IMG/VR virus record: IMGVR_UViG_3300020391_000001
Span: 1-59,212 of that record
Length of the DNA: 59,212 bases
Direction: 5' to 3' (one strand)
Source of the DNA: a virus
Lineage: Duplodnaviria; Caudoviricetes
The stretch's first letter is position 1; each line of letters starts with the position of its first letter. Shown piece after piece: positions 18,872 through 29,954 of the stretch. A model generated the notes under the pieces. That model ran no database searches. It saw nothing but the letters and a program-made list of their open reading frames with translations, and was not told the DNA's origin. Both the position numbers and the translations under genes were made by a program.

Positions 18872-19858
18872 GTGATACAATTTTTACCCTACGCATTAGC
18901 AGCATACGGAGGAGTTCAAGGATTTAGACAAGCAAGAGATTCAGGAGCATCAGGATTAGGAAGAATTTTAGGTGGAGCTTTAGGTGCTTTTTCTGGATAC
19001 AACTTAGGTCAAGTTGGAGGTTTTGCAAGAAATGCTGGTTTTGGCTCTACTGTTCCAAGCATTACACAATTCGGACCTTTACAAGCTTTAGCAGGTAAAG
19101 TACCTGGAATTCCAAGAGTTAATCCATTGCCAGGAGATGACATTGGTACAGTTTCTGCTTCTGAAGAAATACAAAAATTACAAGGCAGAGATAGAGGTAT
19201 CATTGATATTCTTACTAGAAAAAAAGGCACTGAAGAATATGATCCAGTTAAAATAGCAGCACTCGCTGGAGGTATACCTTTTGCGATGGGTGCATTTGAT
19301 AATCAGCCGACTGATATTTTTATGCCTGGATATAATGTAAATTATTTAAATTTAAGAGACAAAAGACCCGCCTATACTTATATAGATCCAACTACAGGGC
19401 AAGAAAAAGCATACGAAAAAGTTTATGCACCAGAAGAAGCAGGTAAGGATGATCGTCAAATAGGCCCTTATTCTATGATTCAACAAAGACTTAAATCTGG
19501 TGGATTAGCAGAAATAAAAAAATTTAATGAGGGAGGTATTAATTATCTTCCATCGAAAATGACTCATGATGAAAATGACTCTAATAATTATGTTAGAGCA
19601 ACAGGATATGTTGAAGACGGAGCAGGAGTAGGTGATAAAGACGAGGATACAATGTTAGCTCAATTAGCAGACGGCGAGTTTGTAACAAGAGCAGATGGAG
19701 TATTAGGTGCTGGAATCATAGCTGGAGCTAATCCAAGCAGCATGAAAGACATGCGAGAAAAAGGTGCCCAATATTTCTATGAACAACAAAGAAGATACAA
19801 ACGTGTCTTTGATTTAATTAAGGATAGAAATGGCATCAGCAAACAAAAAACGAATTAA
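18872..19858 (+). CDS. Putative internal virion / ejection protein
   Basis: Gly/Ala-rich N-terminus; AQLADGEFV motif; lies after the tail module. Confidence 0.6.
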   Translation: MIQFLPYALAAYGGVQGFRQARDSGASGLGRILGGALGAFSGYNLGQVGGFARNAGFGSTVPSITQFGPLQALAGKVPGIPRVNPLPGDDIGTVSASEEIQKLQGRDRGIIDILTRKKGTEEYDPVKIAALAGGIPFAMGAFDNQPTDIFMPGYNVNYLNLRDKRPAYTYIDPTTGQEKAYEKVYAPEEAGKDDRQIGPYSMIQQRLKSGGLAEIKKFNEGGINYLPSKMTHDENDSNNYVRATGYVEDGAGVGDKDEDTMLAQLADGEFVTRADGVLGAGIIAGANPSSMKDMREKGAQYFYEQQRRYKRVFDLIKDRNGISKQKTN

Positions 19859-20294
19859 ACCTCTTGTAAGCATTCTACCTCTTGAACCAAAAGATATAGA
19901 AACTTTTTGGCCCCTAGCAGAATTTATGGTTACTGAAGCATTAGCTTATTCTGGAAAATATGCAGATGCAAAATGGGTTCATGATGAATTAAAAAAAGAC
20001 CTAATGCAATGTTGGATTATGTTTGGTTCTGATGAAGATGAAGAAAACAAAGTGTTTGGAGTATGTGTTGGAAGAATAGGTGTATTGCCTAACTTTAATC
20101 AATATGAGATTGTAATATGTACAGGCAAAAGAAGAGATTTATGGGAAGATAATTTAGTTAAAACAATTACTGATTTTGCTTTAGTAAACAGTTGCAAAAG
20201 ATTAAGCATTATGGCTAGACCTGGCTGGGAAAGAGTATCAAAACAGTGGGGTTGGAAAAAGAAACATGTACAATTAGAAAAATGGATAGGATAA
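19830..20294 (+). CDS. GNAT-fold-like protein
   Basis: Size, position among ejection genes, and the CKRL...ARPGWER motif. Confidence 0.5.
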   Translation: MASANKKRIKPLVSILPLEPKDIETFWPLAEFMVTEALAYSGKYADAKWVHDELKKDLMQCWIMFGSDEDEENKVFGVCVGRIGVLPNFNQYEIVICTGKRRDLWEDNLVKTITDFALVNSCKRLSIMARPGWERVSKQWGWKKKHVQLEKWIG

Positions 20295-20298
20295 AATT

Positions 20299-21153
20299 AT
20301 GAGTTTTTTTGGAGGAGGAAGATCACAACAGGCTGCAACACCAAGTTCTCAAACACAGTTTGTTAGAGAGGCTCCGGGTATAGAAGAAAGAAAAATCGAA
20401 TTGATGGATATTGCTCGTCAAGTGGCGCAGCAACCAATAAATTTGCCTGACTTTCAAGTTGCTGGCTTAGGTGCTTTAGAACGACAGGGTGTGACAGCAT
20501 CGGGCACAACTGGTGTGGGTGCTCCAACAGTACAAGCAGGTATAAATCAAGTAACAGGAGCTGCAGCTCCTATAAGTTCAGCTCAAATATCTCAATTTTT
20601 AAATCCTTATCAGCAATATGTAACTGATGAGATTGCAAGACAATCAGGTATTATGTCTAATCAGATCGCAGCAAATGCTGTAGGTGCTGGAGCCTTTGGT
20701 GGTGGTAGAGAAGGAGTTCAACAAGCAGAATTACAAAATAGAACTTTAGATGCAATGGGTAGAGCTCAAGCGCAGGGTTTTAATACAGCTTTAGGTGCAG
20801 CTCAAAGACAACAAGCAATTGGATTACAAGCGGGGCAGCAATTAGGTCAATTAGGATTAGGCCAACAACAGATGGCTCAGGGTGACATAAATCAATTATT
20901 TGCAGCAGGTGGCGTGCAAAGACAACTTGCACAACAAGCGTTAGATGCTCAAAGACAATCTACTTTACAACAACAGTTTGAACCATTCCAAAGAGCAGAA
21001 TTTTTAGCTAACTTATATGCAGCAGGTCCAAAATCACAATCTACAGTAACTTTAGGTACAGCACCAAGCACTAGTCCTTTAGCACAAGCGGTTGGAACAG
21101 GAATAGGTGCTTTTGCAGCTTATCAAGGTGTAAATCAAAATAAAACTAATTAG
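20299..21153 (+). CDS. Putative DNA ejection (pilot) protein
   Basis: Q/A/G-rich; FLNPYQQYV and AGAFGGGR motifs. Confidence 0.7.
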   Translation: MSFFGGGRSQQAATPSSQTQFVREAPGIEERKIELMDIARQVAQQPINLPDFQVAGLGALERQGVTASGTTGVGAPTVQAGINQVTGAAAPISSAQISQFLNPYQQYVTDEIARQSGIMSNQIAANAVGAGAFGGGREGVQQAELQNRTLDAMGRAQAQGFNTALGAAQRQQAIGLQAGQQLGQLGLGQQQMAQGDINQLFAAGGVQRQLAQQALDAQRQSTLQQQFEPFQRAEFLANLYAAGPKSQSTVTLGTAPSTSPLAQAVGTGIGAFAAYQGVNQNKTN

Positions 21154-21160
21154 GAGGTCT

Positions 21161-23380
21161 ATGTCCATAAACAAAGTTTTAAATAGACCAATGTTTAGAC
21201 GGGAGGCTTTGAAAAAAGGTCATCTAAAACCTATTAAAGCGCGAACAGGGAGAAGTATTATTGGTCCTATGAGACCTCCAGTTCCTGCTTTGATACCTCA
21301 AGGCACAATGGGAACAATGGTTGGACCTTCTTACAATAATGCATTAGCTTTAAGAGCTCAACCAAACTTTATGGAAAGAATGGGGTCTAGACTAAGAGGC
21401 TTTGGAAGAGGAGTTTTAAGTCTTCCTGCACTAGGAGGCTATTATGCAGGAGATCAAGTAGCACAAGGATTAGGTATCCAAGACCCTATAGGTAGAACAG
21501 GTTTTGGTTTAGGAGGTGGTATTGCTGCATCTAGAGCACTGCCTGCTCTTGCTGGTATTGGAATGATACCTAGCGCGGTAGGATTAGCTACTATAGCTGG
21601 AGTACAAAATAGAGTACAGGCCGGTATAGATGAGAGAAAAAGAATTAACGCTATGTCCCCTAAAGAAAGAGCAGATTTTGAAAGACAAAATAGATTAAAG
21701 GCTACTGATATTATTAGTGAGGGTGTAAGTGATCAAGATATTTTTGGCAGATTTGATCCAAAAACTTTAGACGATATTGTAAAAAGTAATGAAAAAACAA
21801 AATTAAGAAGAGGAGTTAAAAGAGGTCAGACATCACCTAAATCTCAAGTAGCTGACATTGCTACAGAGCCACAAAACACAACTAGATTTGGTAAAAAAAA
21901 TGTAATTGATACGGCTAAAATTGCTGAAAATGCAATCGGACCAAATCCAAATATTAACTTCCCAATGCAACCGGACACCGGAACAAAATTAGTTGCAGAG
22001 AAACCAGAGGAAGAAAAAGATGCTTTTGGTTTTACAAAAACAAAAACAAAAGAAAACACAAAAGCTGATGAAGATGCAGTAAATTCTACATCACCATTTG
22101 CAGAACAAATAAAATTAGCTAGGGAAATAGCAAAAGAAATGAGAGTAGGTAAAACTTCAAATGCAAATTTAGTGTTTTTAACTAATTTAGCATCTGGCTT
22201 ATTGACAGGAACTACTAAAAGATCAGGTGTGGGAGGTGCTTTAGAAGTATTTGGCCAAGCTTTAGGACCAGCAGTAAATAACATGGTGATGGTAAAAATG
22301 AAAGAGGATGAACTAGAACAAAATCTTCTTGGTAGAGCCCTAGAGTTTTCTACAGATTATTTAAAAGCACAAAATGAAGCTTTTGAAATGCCAGATACAG
22401 AAGAAGTTGGCGTTGTTCAAATAACAAATAGAAACGGAAGAATAGTAAATATTCCAGGCAGAAGATTAAAGGATGGAACACTTCAAAGAGCCACAGGAGA
22501 AGTTGATGGAAATGGTGTAAATATTTATAGAACTGTAGATCCATCCCTAAATTTTATTGCCAATAAAGACCAAAATAAAGAAACATTAGAATTAGCAAAA
22601 GATATTGCAGGTAAATATGCAGCGGTAAATTTAATTAACAGAAGCTTAGGAATTATTACAGAAGGTGGTGCCGATGCTGGTGTTGTTGGTGCTTTTGGAC
22701 TTTATGGTGGTCGTTTAACTGAAGCTCTAGGAGATGTATTTAGTTTTGCAAAAGTAAGTGGATCAGATAAATCAGAAATAAAAGCTGCTGGTAAAGCTAT
22801 GTTTAATATTGAACAAAAGAAAGTAGCTAATGCTTTAGTAGCAAGTGGAGAATTTGAAACTGCAAACGATGCACTAAAATACTTAAACGGTAAAACAGGT
22901 TTAGGTAATTTTGAAAGAAACTATAATGATTCAATTAGAAATGCTAAGAAGAGATTAAAAGATGGAAGCACACTAGATTACGAAAGACTTGCTATTAATG
23001 AAACAGTTCTTGTTTACAAATTAGCAAACTCATTAAAGTCTAAAGATAGATTGACACAAAAGGATATTGAGATGGCCAAAGGTCTTGTAAAAGTATTCCC
23101 ATTATTAAGAGGTGAGAAAAATGTTATTGCTTCACTTACTGCTACGGCTGAAACTATTTTAGATGATATTAAGCAACAAGAACGACTTTATGAACGTGCT
23201 GGTGGTAATTCACAATATTTATTAAATGAAAGAAAAGCTTATGGATTATTACCGTCTGGAGCTACTTTAAATGACTTGAGTGATTTTGATAGTAAATTAT
23301 TTAGACAAAGACAAAAAGAATTAAAAGATATGACAATAGAAGATTTTGAAAAAGTTTTTCCACCGGAGTTTTTTAAATAA
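21161..23380 (+). CDS. Large putative ejection protein
   Basis: 739 aa; VLNRPMFR start; helical and Gly-rich segments. Confidence 0.6.
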   Translation: MSINKVLNRPMFRREALKKGHLKPIKARTGRSIIGPMRPPVPALIPQGTMGTMVGPSYNNALALRAQPNFMERMGSRLRGFGRGVLSLPALGGYYAGDQVAQGLGIQDPIGRTGFGLGGGIAASRALPALAGIGMIPSAVGLATIAGVQNRVQAGIDERKRINAMSPKERADFERQNRLKATDIISEGVSDQDIFGRFDPKTLDDIVKSNEKTKLRRGVKRGQTSPKSQVADIATEPQNTTRFGKKNVIDTAKIAENAIGPNPNINFPMQPDTGTKLVAEKPEEEKDAFGFTKTKTKENTKADEDAVNSTSPFAEQIKLAREIAKEMRVGKTSNANLVFLTNLASGLLTGTTKRSGVGGALEVFGQALGPAVNNMVMVKMKEDELEQNLLGRALEFSTDYLKAQNEAFEMPDTEEVGVVQITNRNGRIVNIPGRRLKDGTLQRATGEVDGNGVNIYRTVDPSLNFIANKDQNKETLELAKDIAGKYAAVNLINRSLGIITEGGADAGVVGAFGLYGGRLTEALGDVFSFAKVSGSDKSEIKAAGKAMFNIEQKKVANALVASGEFETANDALKYLNGKTGLGNFERNYNDSIRNAKKRLKDGSTLDYERLAINETVLVYKLANSLKSKDRLTQKDIEMAKGLVKVFPLLRGEKNVIASLTATAETILDDIKQQERLYERAGGNSQYLLNERKAYGLLPSGATLNDLSDFDSKLFRQRQKELKDMTIEDFEKVFPPEFFK

Positions 23381-26300
23381 TGAGCCAATTTATAGATAAT
23401 TTACAAAAAAAATTAGATAGTAACACTATAAATCCTAATGATTTAACTAATGATCAAAGAATGATTATTGATGAATTAATCAGAAGAGGAGAGTTAAAAG
23501 GCCCAACGATGGAGCAACTTGGTGAAATGCGTGAAGGAGCGACTGAAGAGATTGTTTCAGAAAGAGAATTTTTACAAGATCCATTAAAAGCAGCAACAGG
23601 AGTAGGTCAACCTACTTATGAACTTACTGGAGATATTGCAGGTAGTATATATCCATACGTTGCAAATAGAAAAAAAATATTTAGAGCTGCTAAAGAGGGA
23701 ACCTTATTGGGTAAAGGTCCAGGTTTTTTTGCTAAGTCTGCAATAAATGTTGCGGATAAATTACCTGGTAGATTTAAATTTTTTGGTAGTGCTTTAAAAG
23801 GTATAGGCAGACTTGTAGATCCATTATCTAGAGCATACAGAGGACCATTGCTTAAAACAGAGGTACAATCTGTTTTAGGAGGCACAGTTGGTGCAGGTGT
23901 TGGAGCGTTTACTTATGATACACTCAATGAGCAAGCAGGTGTTGAGATTGCATCAGCTTTAGCTGATGACCTATCAGAAATTCCAGAGGGAGATGTAGAA
24001 AGAGATCAACTTACAAATACAGCTGTTGCTATGAAGAATGCTATGCTGTGGAATACAGGAGCTTCATTATTATCTCCATTTTTATTCAGTCCTATAAGCA
24101 AAGGTATAAGAAATCTTTTTGGAACTGTAGGACCAAAACAAAAAGAATTAGCACAATTTGCAAGAGACAAAGGTTTACCATTACCATTGCTATCTGGATT
24201 AAAAGAAGGACAGGGTACTTTTTCAGGTCTTGGTAGAAATTATTTTAAATTTATGGGTGTATTTCCATTAGTAGCTCCTATTGGTAAGGTTGCTAAATCA
24301 GAAGCAGAGATTGCGGGTGGTAAAAGATATCTTTCAGACCTACAAGCATATTCTCCATTACTTAAAGTTAGTGCAATTAATTCATCTGTAAGACAACAAG
24401 CAGAAAAAGTATTTATCGAAAATGTAGATTTATATAATAGTGCCTATAAAACTTTTGATAATTTAGCTGCAACTTCAGGTAACCCAAGAATAATAAAATT
24501 AGAAAAAACACAAAAAGCTGCAAGAGAATTTTTAGATGAAAATGTAGCTCAGTTTCCTGAGTTTGAAACTTATATACAAGGTTTCGGTGATTTAAAACCA
24601 ATGGATATTGAAAAAGTATTGACTCTACAAGGAGATCCTATCAATTTATTTATGAAGGCTATGATAGGTATAAGAGATGGGTTAATTACACCAAAACAAT
24701 ACAAAGGTGTGATGACAATGCTTAACAATGCCATAGAGGGTAGTAGATATTCAACATTAAAAAATAATATGTTTATCATGAGAGAGGCTATGGAAACTGA
24801 CTTTGCTAAATTTGGTGAAGATATTTACAATCCAGGTAAGTATTTAGAAGACGAAGGTATCAAAGCAACTTACGATACTATAGCTGCACAAAGTGGTAAA
24901 CCTCTAGCAGATCAATACATACAACAAAATATTAAAGCTGCTGAACAATTAAAAGGTCAACTTTTAAAAGCAAATAAAATATTTGCAGACGTACAGGGTT
25001 TTTACCAGCTATCACCATTAGTAAGAAGTCTCAAAAAATTTGATAGAAATGCATTTACAGCTAAAAGTCTTGAAGGATTTCAAGGTGCAGGTACACAATA
25101 CAGAGATCAATTTTTTAAGGATCTAGGTCAAAATGTTTTCGAAAATGATTCTGTAGATGCAGTAGTACAGTTTAAAAAATTAATTGGAGCCGAACCATCA
25201 AGAGAAATAGGTGCAAAAGCCACACAAGGTGGTAAGGATTTATTTAGAGCTGTGCAAGCTAAATATGCGTTTAACAAATTCTTGAGAGCATTTAGTAGTC
25301 CATCAGATGCAGGTGCTAAATCAGTATGGAATTTTATAGATGAAGATTCATCTATAAATGCAGGTGCTTCATATTTATCTGATACATTAAAAGTTATGAC
25401 AAGAGATCAAAAAAGAAATTTAAAAGATTTTAGTATCGAAAGTGTAAAAAGAAACAACGGTATATTCAATACAACAGAATTAAAATTTGGTGGAGATGAC
25501 TTTGCTGAGTTTAGTGCAGATAAATTTATGGCTTCTTTCGGTATTAAAAATTCTTTTGATGAGGGAGGTAGAAGAAAAATACAATATATGCTTGGTGACA
25601 AAGGCGCACAAGAATTTTATAATTTTGCATCGTATATGAAAGCAATTGGTGAAACAAAACTATCTGATCCATCTCAGTTTTTAGCTAGAAGACTTACACT
25701 AGGTGGTGGTATTGCAGGTGGATTAATATTTGGTGCACCTGGTCTATTAGCCTCTGCTGCATTACTATTATTATCTAGAAGAGCAGGACAAATATTGACT
25801 GATCCTGTAGCATTAAGAGCTATGAATGATGCCTTGTTACCTGATGAAACACTTAAATTATTAAGAGGTGAAAAATTAGGAACTGGTACAATAAAAGCAA
25901 CGTTTTTACCTGGGAGAGATTATTATTCAGGCAGAAGTGTTCAAACCATAGTAGATGCTTTAAAGACAAATACTATACTTGGTAAGACAAAAGCTGTGAC
26001 TGAATCTGCTATGAAGCTTGGAATGACAAGAAAAAGAGATGCATTGGCAAGACTTATTAATTATTTAGGAGAAGAAGACAAGGATATACCTAAAGTTGAT
26101 CCAAATACTATTAGCGAGGCTGAGATAATAGAAAGAATATCTAATCTACCTATGTCCATACCAGAACCTTTATTTAAAGATAACATACCTCAAGTAGTAG
26201 AAGAAAATATGTTTGCTGATTTTAGTGAGTCATCTGGTGATGCACAAGAAGATAACAATCTAGTATCTATGATAAACAGATCCATACAAAATAATGCAAC

Positions 26301-26496
26301 TGTTGAGAGTGAAGAAGTAGAAAGAGATGCAGAAGAGTTTCAATCAGTAGTTGGTGATTTACAACTTCAAAACCCTGTTGCACAAACACCACAACAGAAC
26401 ACCGGACAAGTTACATCACAACAAGTGGCTGATTTATTTCCTAACGATCCAACTGCAATAGCTGCAGCTAGAAGAAGAGAAACACAAAATGTCTAA
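23380..26496 (+). CDS. Largest putative ejection protein
   Basis: 1038 aa helical protein with hydrophobic Gly-rich segments; ends the structural module. Confidence 0.6.
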   Translation: MSQFIDNLQKKLDSNTINPNDLTNDQRMIIDELIRRGELKGPTMEQLGEMREGATEEIVSEREFLQDPLKAATGVGQPTYELTGDIAGSIYPYVANRKKIFRAAKEGTLLGKGPGFFAKSAINVADKLPGRFKFFGSALKGIGRLVDPLSRAYRGPLLKTEVQSVLGGTVGAGVGAFTYDTLNEQAGVEIASALADDLSEIPEGDVERDQLTNTAVAMKNAMLWNTGASLLSPFLFSPISKGIRNLFGTVGPKQKELAQFARDKGLPLPLLSGLKEGQGTFSGLGRNYFKFMGVFPLVAPIGKVAKSEAEIAGGKRYLSDLQAYSPLLKVSAINSSVRQQAEKVFIENVDLYNSAYKTFDNLAATSGNPRIIKLEKTQKAAREFLDENVAQFPEFETYIQGFGDLKPMDIEKVLTLQGDPINLFMKAMIGIRDGLITPKQYKGVMTMLNNAIEGSRYSTLKNNMFIMREAMETDFAKFGEDIYNPGKYLEDEGIKATYDTIAAQSGKPLADQYIQQNIKAAEQLKGQLLKANKIFADVQGFYQLSPLVRSLKKFDRNAFTAKSLEGFQGAGTQYRDQFFKDLGQNVFENDSVDAVVQFKKLIGAEPSREIGAKATQGGKDLFRAVQAKYAFNKFLRAFSSPSDAGAKSVWNFIDEDSSINAGASYLSDTLKVMTRDQKRNLKDFSIESVKRNNGIFNTTELKFGGDDFAEFSADKFMASFGIKNSFDEGGRRKIQYMLGDKGAQEFYNFASYMKAIGETKLSDPSQFLARRLTLGGGIAGGLIFGAPGLLASAALLLLSRRAGQILTDPVALRAMNDALLPDETLKLLRGEKLGTGTIKATFLPGRDYYSGRSVQTIVDALKTNTILGKTKAVTESAMKLGMTRKRDALARLINYLGEEDKDIPKVDPNTISEAEIIERISNLPMSIPEPLFKDNIPQVVEENMFADFSESSGDAQEDNNLVSMINRSIQNNATVESEEVERDAEEFQSVVGDLQLQNPVAQTPQQNTGQVTSQQVADLFPNDPTAIAAARRRETQNV

Positions 26497-26677
26497 AGAA
26501 GCATTAAATAAAATAGAAGCTCATGAAAAGCTTTGCCGAATCATGCAAAAACAAACGCATGATAAGATAAATAATTTAGAAAAATCAGTTAGTAGATTAG
26601 AAAAGATTTTGTTGACTTCCGCAGGTGTATTAATTACAGGTATGGCATCAGTCATAATTGTATTGATTACTAGATGA
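26489..26677 (+). CDS. Small membrane-anchored coiled-coil protein
   Basis: HEKLC coiled coil plus a C-terminal TM helix. Confidence 0.65.
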   Translation: MSKEALNKIEAHEKLCRIMQKQTHDKINNLEKSVSRLEKILLTSAGVLITGMASVIIVLITR

Positions 26678-27354
26678 AACTAATAAAAAAATATCCTTAC
26701 AAACATTACAATAGATTCTCAGACACAACCGGAAGAAAATATTTAGTGGATAATATAAAAGTTCCAAGCGTGACAACTATATTGAGTGCAACTAAAGATA
26801 AACGTTTCTTAGAAAATTGGAGACGTAAAGTTGGAGATGCAGAAGCAGATAGAATAATGAAACAAGCATCAACAATAGGAACCGAAATGCATCAAGTATT
26901 AGAATATAAATTAAATGGTCAAGGATATTATAATGCCATGGAGGAGGGAACTAAACCAAGAATGATGGCTAAAACAATTTTAGATAATATTAAATTAGGT
27001 GAAATATGGGGTAATGAAATAAGTTTGGAATATAAAAATAAATTTGCAGGCACGTGTGATCTCACAGCAATCTGTTATGGAAAGCCAAGTATAGTGGACT
27101 GGAAACAAACTAACAAACCTAAAAAAGAAGAATGGGTTGAAGATTATAAATTACAACTTGGTGCTTACTATTTAGCACATACAAAAAATTATGGACCTAT
27201 TGAACAAGGTGTCATATCTATGTGTACCAGAGATTTACAATACCAAGAATTTAAACTTAATGAACCTCAATTAAAAGAATATGGAGATAAATTTTTAGAA
27301 AGAGTTGAGACTTTTAATAAAATTATAAAAAATGAAAGTTCTAATAGCATGTGA
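26674..27354 (+). CDS. PD-(D/E)XK exonuclease
   Basis: PSVTTIL...GTEMH...E...AGTCD...IVDWK...QLGAY. Confidence 0.9.
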   Translation: MKLIKKYPYKHYNRFSDTTGRKYLVDNIKVPSVTTILSATKDKRFLENWRRKVGDAEADRIMKQASTIGTEMHQVLEYKLNGQGYYNAMEEGTKPRMMAKTILDNIKLGEIWGNEISLEYKNKFAGTCDLTAICYGKPSIVDWKQTNKPKKEEWVEDYKLQLGAYYLAHTKNYGPIEQGVISMCTRDLQYQEFKLNEPQLKEYGDKFLERVETFNKIIKNESSNSM

Positions 27355-27913
27355 ATACTCTGGAACAGTCAGAGACGCATTTACAAAAAAAGGTCACGAA
27401 GCTGTAAGTTGTGATGTAATTCCAACTGAATCTCCGGGTAAACATATTCAAGATGATGTTTTAAATCATTTATATAAAGATTGGGATTTAATTATAGCTC
27501 ATCCACCTTGTACTTATTTATCAAACGCAGGTGCAAGACATTTATATCCTAAAGGTAAACTAAACCAAAATAGATATAAGAAAGGTTTAGAGGCTAAAAA
27601 ATTTTTTATGTGTTTTCATAATTTAGATTGCAAAGTTGCAATAGAAAATCCTGTTCCTTCCACTATATTTGAGTTGCCAAAATATAATCAAATAATACAA
27701 CCTTATGAATATGGACATCCCTTTCAGAAAAAAACTTGTTTGTGGTTAAAGAATTTACCTAAATTAAATCCAACTAATATTATGAAATTAAAAGAAAGCT
27801 CTAAAGTGCCTGGTAATTGGTTTAATAAAGGTGGTAAAGAAAGACAAAAAAATAGAGCTAAATTTTTTTCTGGAGTAGCTGAAGCTATGGCAGATCAATG
27901 GGGTTCTTTATAA
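27332..27913 (+). CDS. Short C5-cytosine methyltransferase-like protein
   Basis: VLIACEYSG, SCD, IAHPPCTYL (PC catalytic motif) and IENP. Confidence 0.75.
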   Translation: MKVLIACEYSGTVRDAFTKKGHEAVSCDVIPTESPGKHIQDDVLNHLYKDWDLIIAHPPCTYLSNAGARHLYPKGKLNQNRYKKGLEAKKFFMCFHNLDCKVAIENPVPSTIFELPKYNQIIQPYEYGHPFQKKTCLWLKNLPKLNPTNIMKLKESSKVPGNWFNKGGKERQKNRAKFFSGVAEAMADQWGSL

Positions 27914-29335
27914 TAACCAGCTTTTAAGATCTTCTTCACCCAATGTTTTAGCAGCAAGCTTACCTTTATTAATAAGTGATTTCATAATTGCTTCATCAAG
28001 AGTATTCCTAGCAACAATGTCTATGTAAACAACAGTTCCTTTTTGTCCAAGTCTGTGAGCTCTATCCTCTGATTGCATTCTTACCTCTAAGTTATATGAG
28101 TTTGAATAATAGATAACAGTATTACAAGCGGTAAGAGTAAGACCAAAACCCCCAGTAGTAGGATTAGCAACCATGAAACGACAGCTGTCATCATTCTGTA
28201 TGCGATCTACTGCATTTTTCCTATCTTCAACACTGACGTCACCATAAATAAAAACAGTGGATTCTTTACCATACTTAGCTATCAAAAAATCTTTTATTTC
28301 ATGGATATTATATAAATAATTAGCCCAAATAATTACTTTACCATCTGTTTCTTCTAAAGTTTCTTCCAATGCATTAAGCTTAGATTTATGTAATTGAAGT
28401 ATTTTACCATCGTCATCTTTAGTAAACCCATTGCAAACTTGATGCAACTTAATTATTTCAGTCAATTTATTAGAAAAAGATATAGTGCTATCTTCTACAA
28501 TAGCTAAAGCATGTATTCTAAGTTTTTCATAAATTTTTTTACCCTCACCATCTAATTCAATATATCTTTTAGACCTTACCTTCGGTTTTAGATCTAAACA
28601 TTGATCTTTTCTAATCCGAGTTGCAAATAGTTTCATCTTTTCTTCTAATTCCTCTAATCTTTTGTAGTATTTAGGAACCGATATGTATCTTCCAGAACCG
28701 ACTGGTATATCAGTCATTTCAGCGTATCTGTTACGAAAAGCCAAATAACTATGAAAACCTAATAATTCTGGACTTAAGAACTGACATTGTGTAAATAGAT
28801 CCAATGGAGATTTTGTTATTGGGGATCCTGTTAATATACGCTTTATATGACATAATTTTCCTAGTGATAAAATGTTTTTTGTTCGTTTTGCTGATCTGTT
28901 TTTTATTGTGGTTGATTCATCCAATGCTACAAAATTTAATTTATTTTTTCTGAGATAATCAATACAACCTTCATAACCACGTTTTGTAGATAGTGCCTCT
29001 ACATTGATTAGAAAGATTCTAAGGTGGGGTGATTCGTTTAATTTATAATAATCTTTGGATTTATCTATATTCCATTTATAAATTTTGTATTTTACTTGAT
29101 CAGGCATATGTGTTTCTATTTCAGATTGCCAATTCGTATAAACTGTTTTTGGTGCTATAATTAATGCAGATAGTATTTTTCTTTGAAAATATAAAAAAGC
29201 TATATTATCAATAGTTACTTTAGTTTTACCTGTACCCATTTCCATAAAATAAGCCCAGTTGTTTTTTTCAGCTGATTCTTTAAGAGCATTTCTTTGATGC
29301 TCGTAAGGCATCGTCTTATACGGATATATCCACAT
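27908..29335 (-). CDS. SNF2-family (SF2) helicase
   Basis: MEMGTGKT, LDEST, LTGSP, QSEDRAHRLGQ; start could extend to 29371. Confidence 0.92.
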   Translation of the reverse strand: MWIYPYKTMPYEHQRNALKESAEKNNWAYFMEMGTGKTKVTIDNIAFLYFQRKILSALIIAPKTVYTNWQSEIETHMPDQVKYKIYKWNIDKSKDYYKLNESPHLRIFLINVEALSTKRGYEGCIDYLRKNKLNFVALDESTTIKNRSAKRTKNILSLGKLCHIKRILTGSPITKSPLDLFTQCQFLSPELLGFHSYLAFRNRYAEMTDIPVGSGRYISVPKYYKRLEELEEKMKLFATRIRKDQCLDLKPKVRSKRYIELDGEGKKIYEKLRIHALAIVEDSTISFSNKLTEIIKLHQVCNGFTKDDDGKILQLHKSKLNALEETLEETDGKVIIWANYLYNIHEIKDFLIAKYGKESTVFIYGDVSVEDRKNAVDRIQNDDSCRFMVANPTTGGFGLTLTACNTVIYYSNSYNLEVRMQSEDRAHRLGQKGTVVYIDIVARNTLDEAIMKSLINKGKLAAKTLGEEDLKSWLL

Positions 29336-29403
29336 CAAAAACTTTTTATATTTTTTAATTGCAAAGATCAATTAAATAATTTAAGGACGCATAGGAGGAA
29401 AAT

Positions 29404-29943
29404 ATGGATATAGAAAAAATGTCTAAATTAGACATTAGTCAAGATAGTGTTAAATCTATTTCTGACAAATGCAACAATCTTAAAAGTTTAAATTTACAAA
29501 TAAAGCAAGAAGAAGAAAAACTTTCATTGCTCAAACATAAAGCTAGAGACATGGAAGAGAGAATAATTCCAGAGATGATGCAGGAAGCTGGTGTATCTTT
29601 GTTGAAGTTAAGTGATGGTTCGACAGTAGAAGTCAAACCTTTTTATGCAGCAAAAATTCCTGAATCAAGAGTTGACGAAGCCTTTTCATGGTTAAGAAAT
29701 AGAGGTTATGAGGATTTAATTAAGAACACCATAACTGCATCTTTCGGAAGAGGACAAGACAATCAAGTCTCGGAACTAATAAAAGTTTGTGACGATAATG
29801 GTTTTGCTTACAACAAAAAAGAAAAAGTAGAACCTATGACGTTAAAAGCTTTTGTTAGAGAACAGGTCGAAGGTGGAAAAGAATTACCTTTTGATTTGTT
29901 CGGTGTGTACATCGCAAATAAAACTAAGATAACGAACAAATAA
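29404..29943 (+). CDS. Conserved replication-module protein
   Basis: AGGAGG SD; AFSWLR...LIKN...PMTLKAFVRE. Confidence 0.75.
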   Translation: MDIEKMSKLDISQDSVKSISDKCNNLKSLNLQIKQEEEKLSLLKHKARDMEERIIPEMMQEAGVSLLKLSDGSTVEVKPFYAAKIPESRVDEAFSWLRNRGYEDLIKNTITASFGRGQDNQVSELIKVCDDNGFAYNKKEKVEPMTLKAFVREQVEGGKELPFDLFGVYIANKTKITNK

Positions 29944-29954
29944 TAGGTAACAAT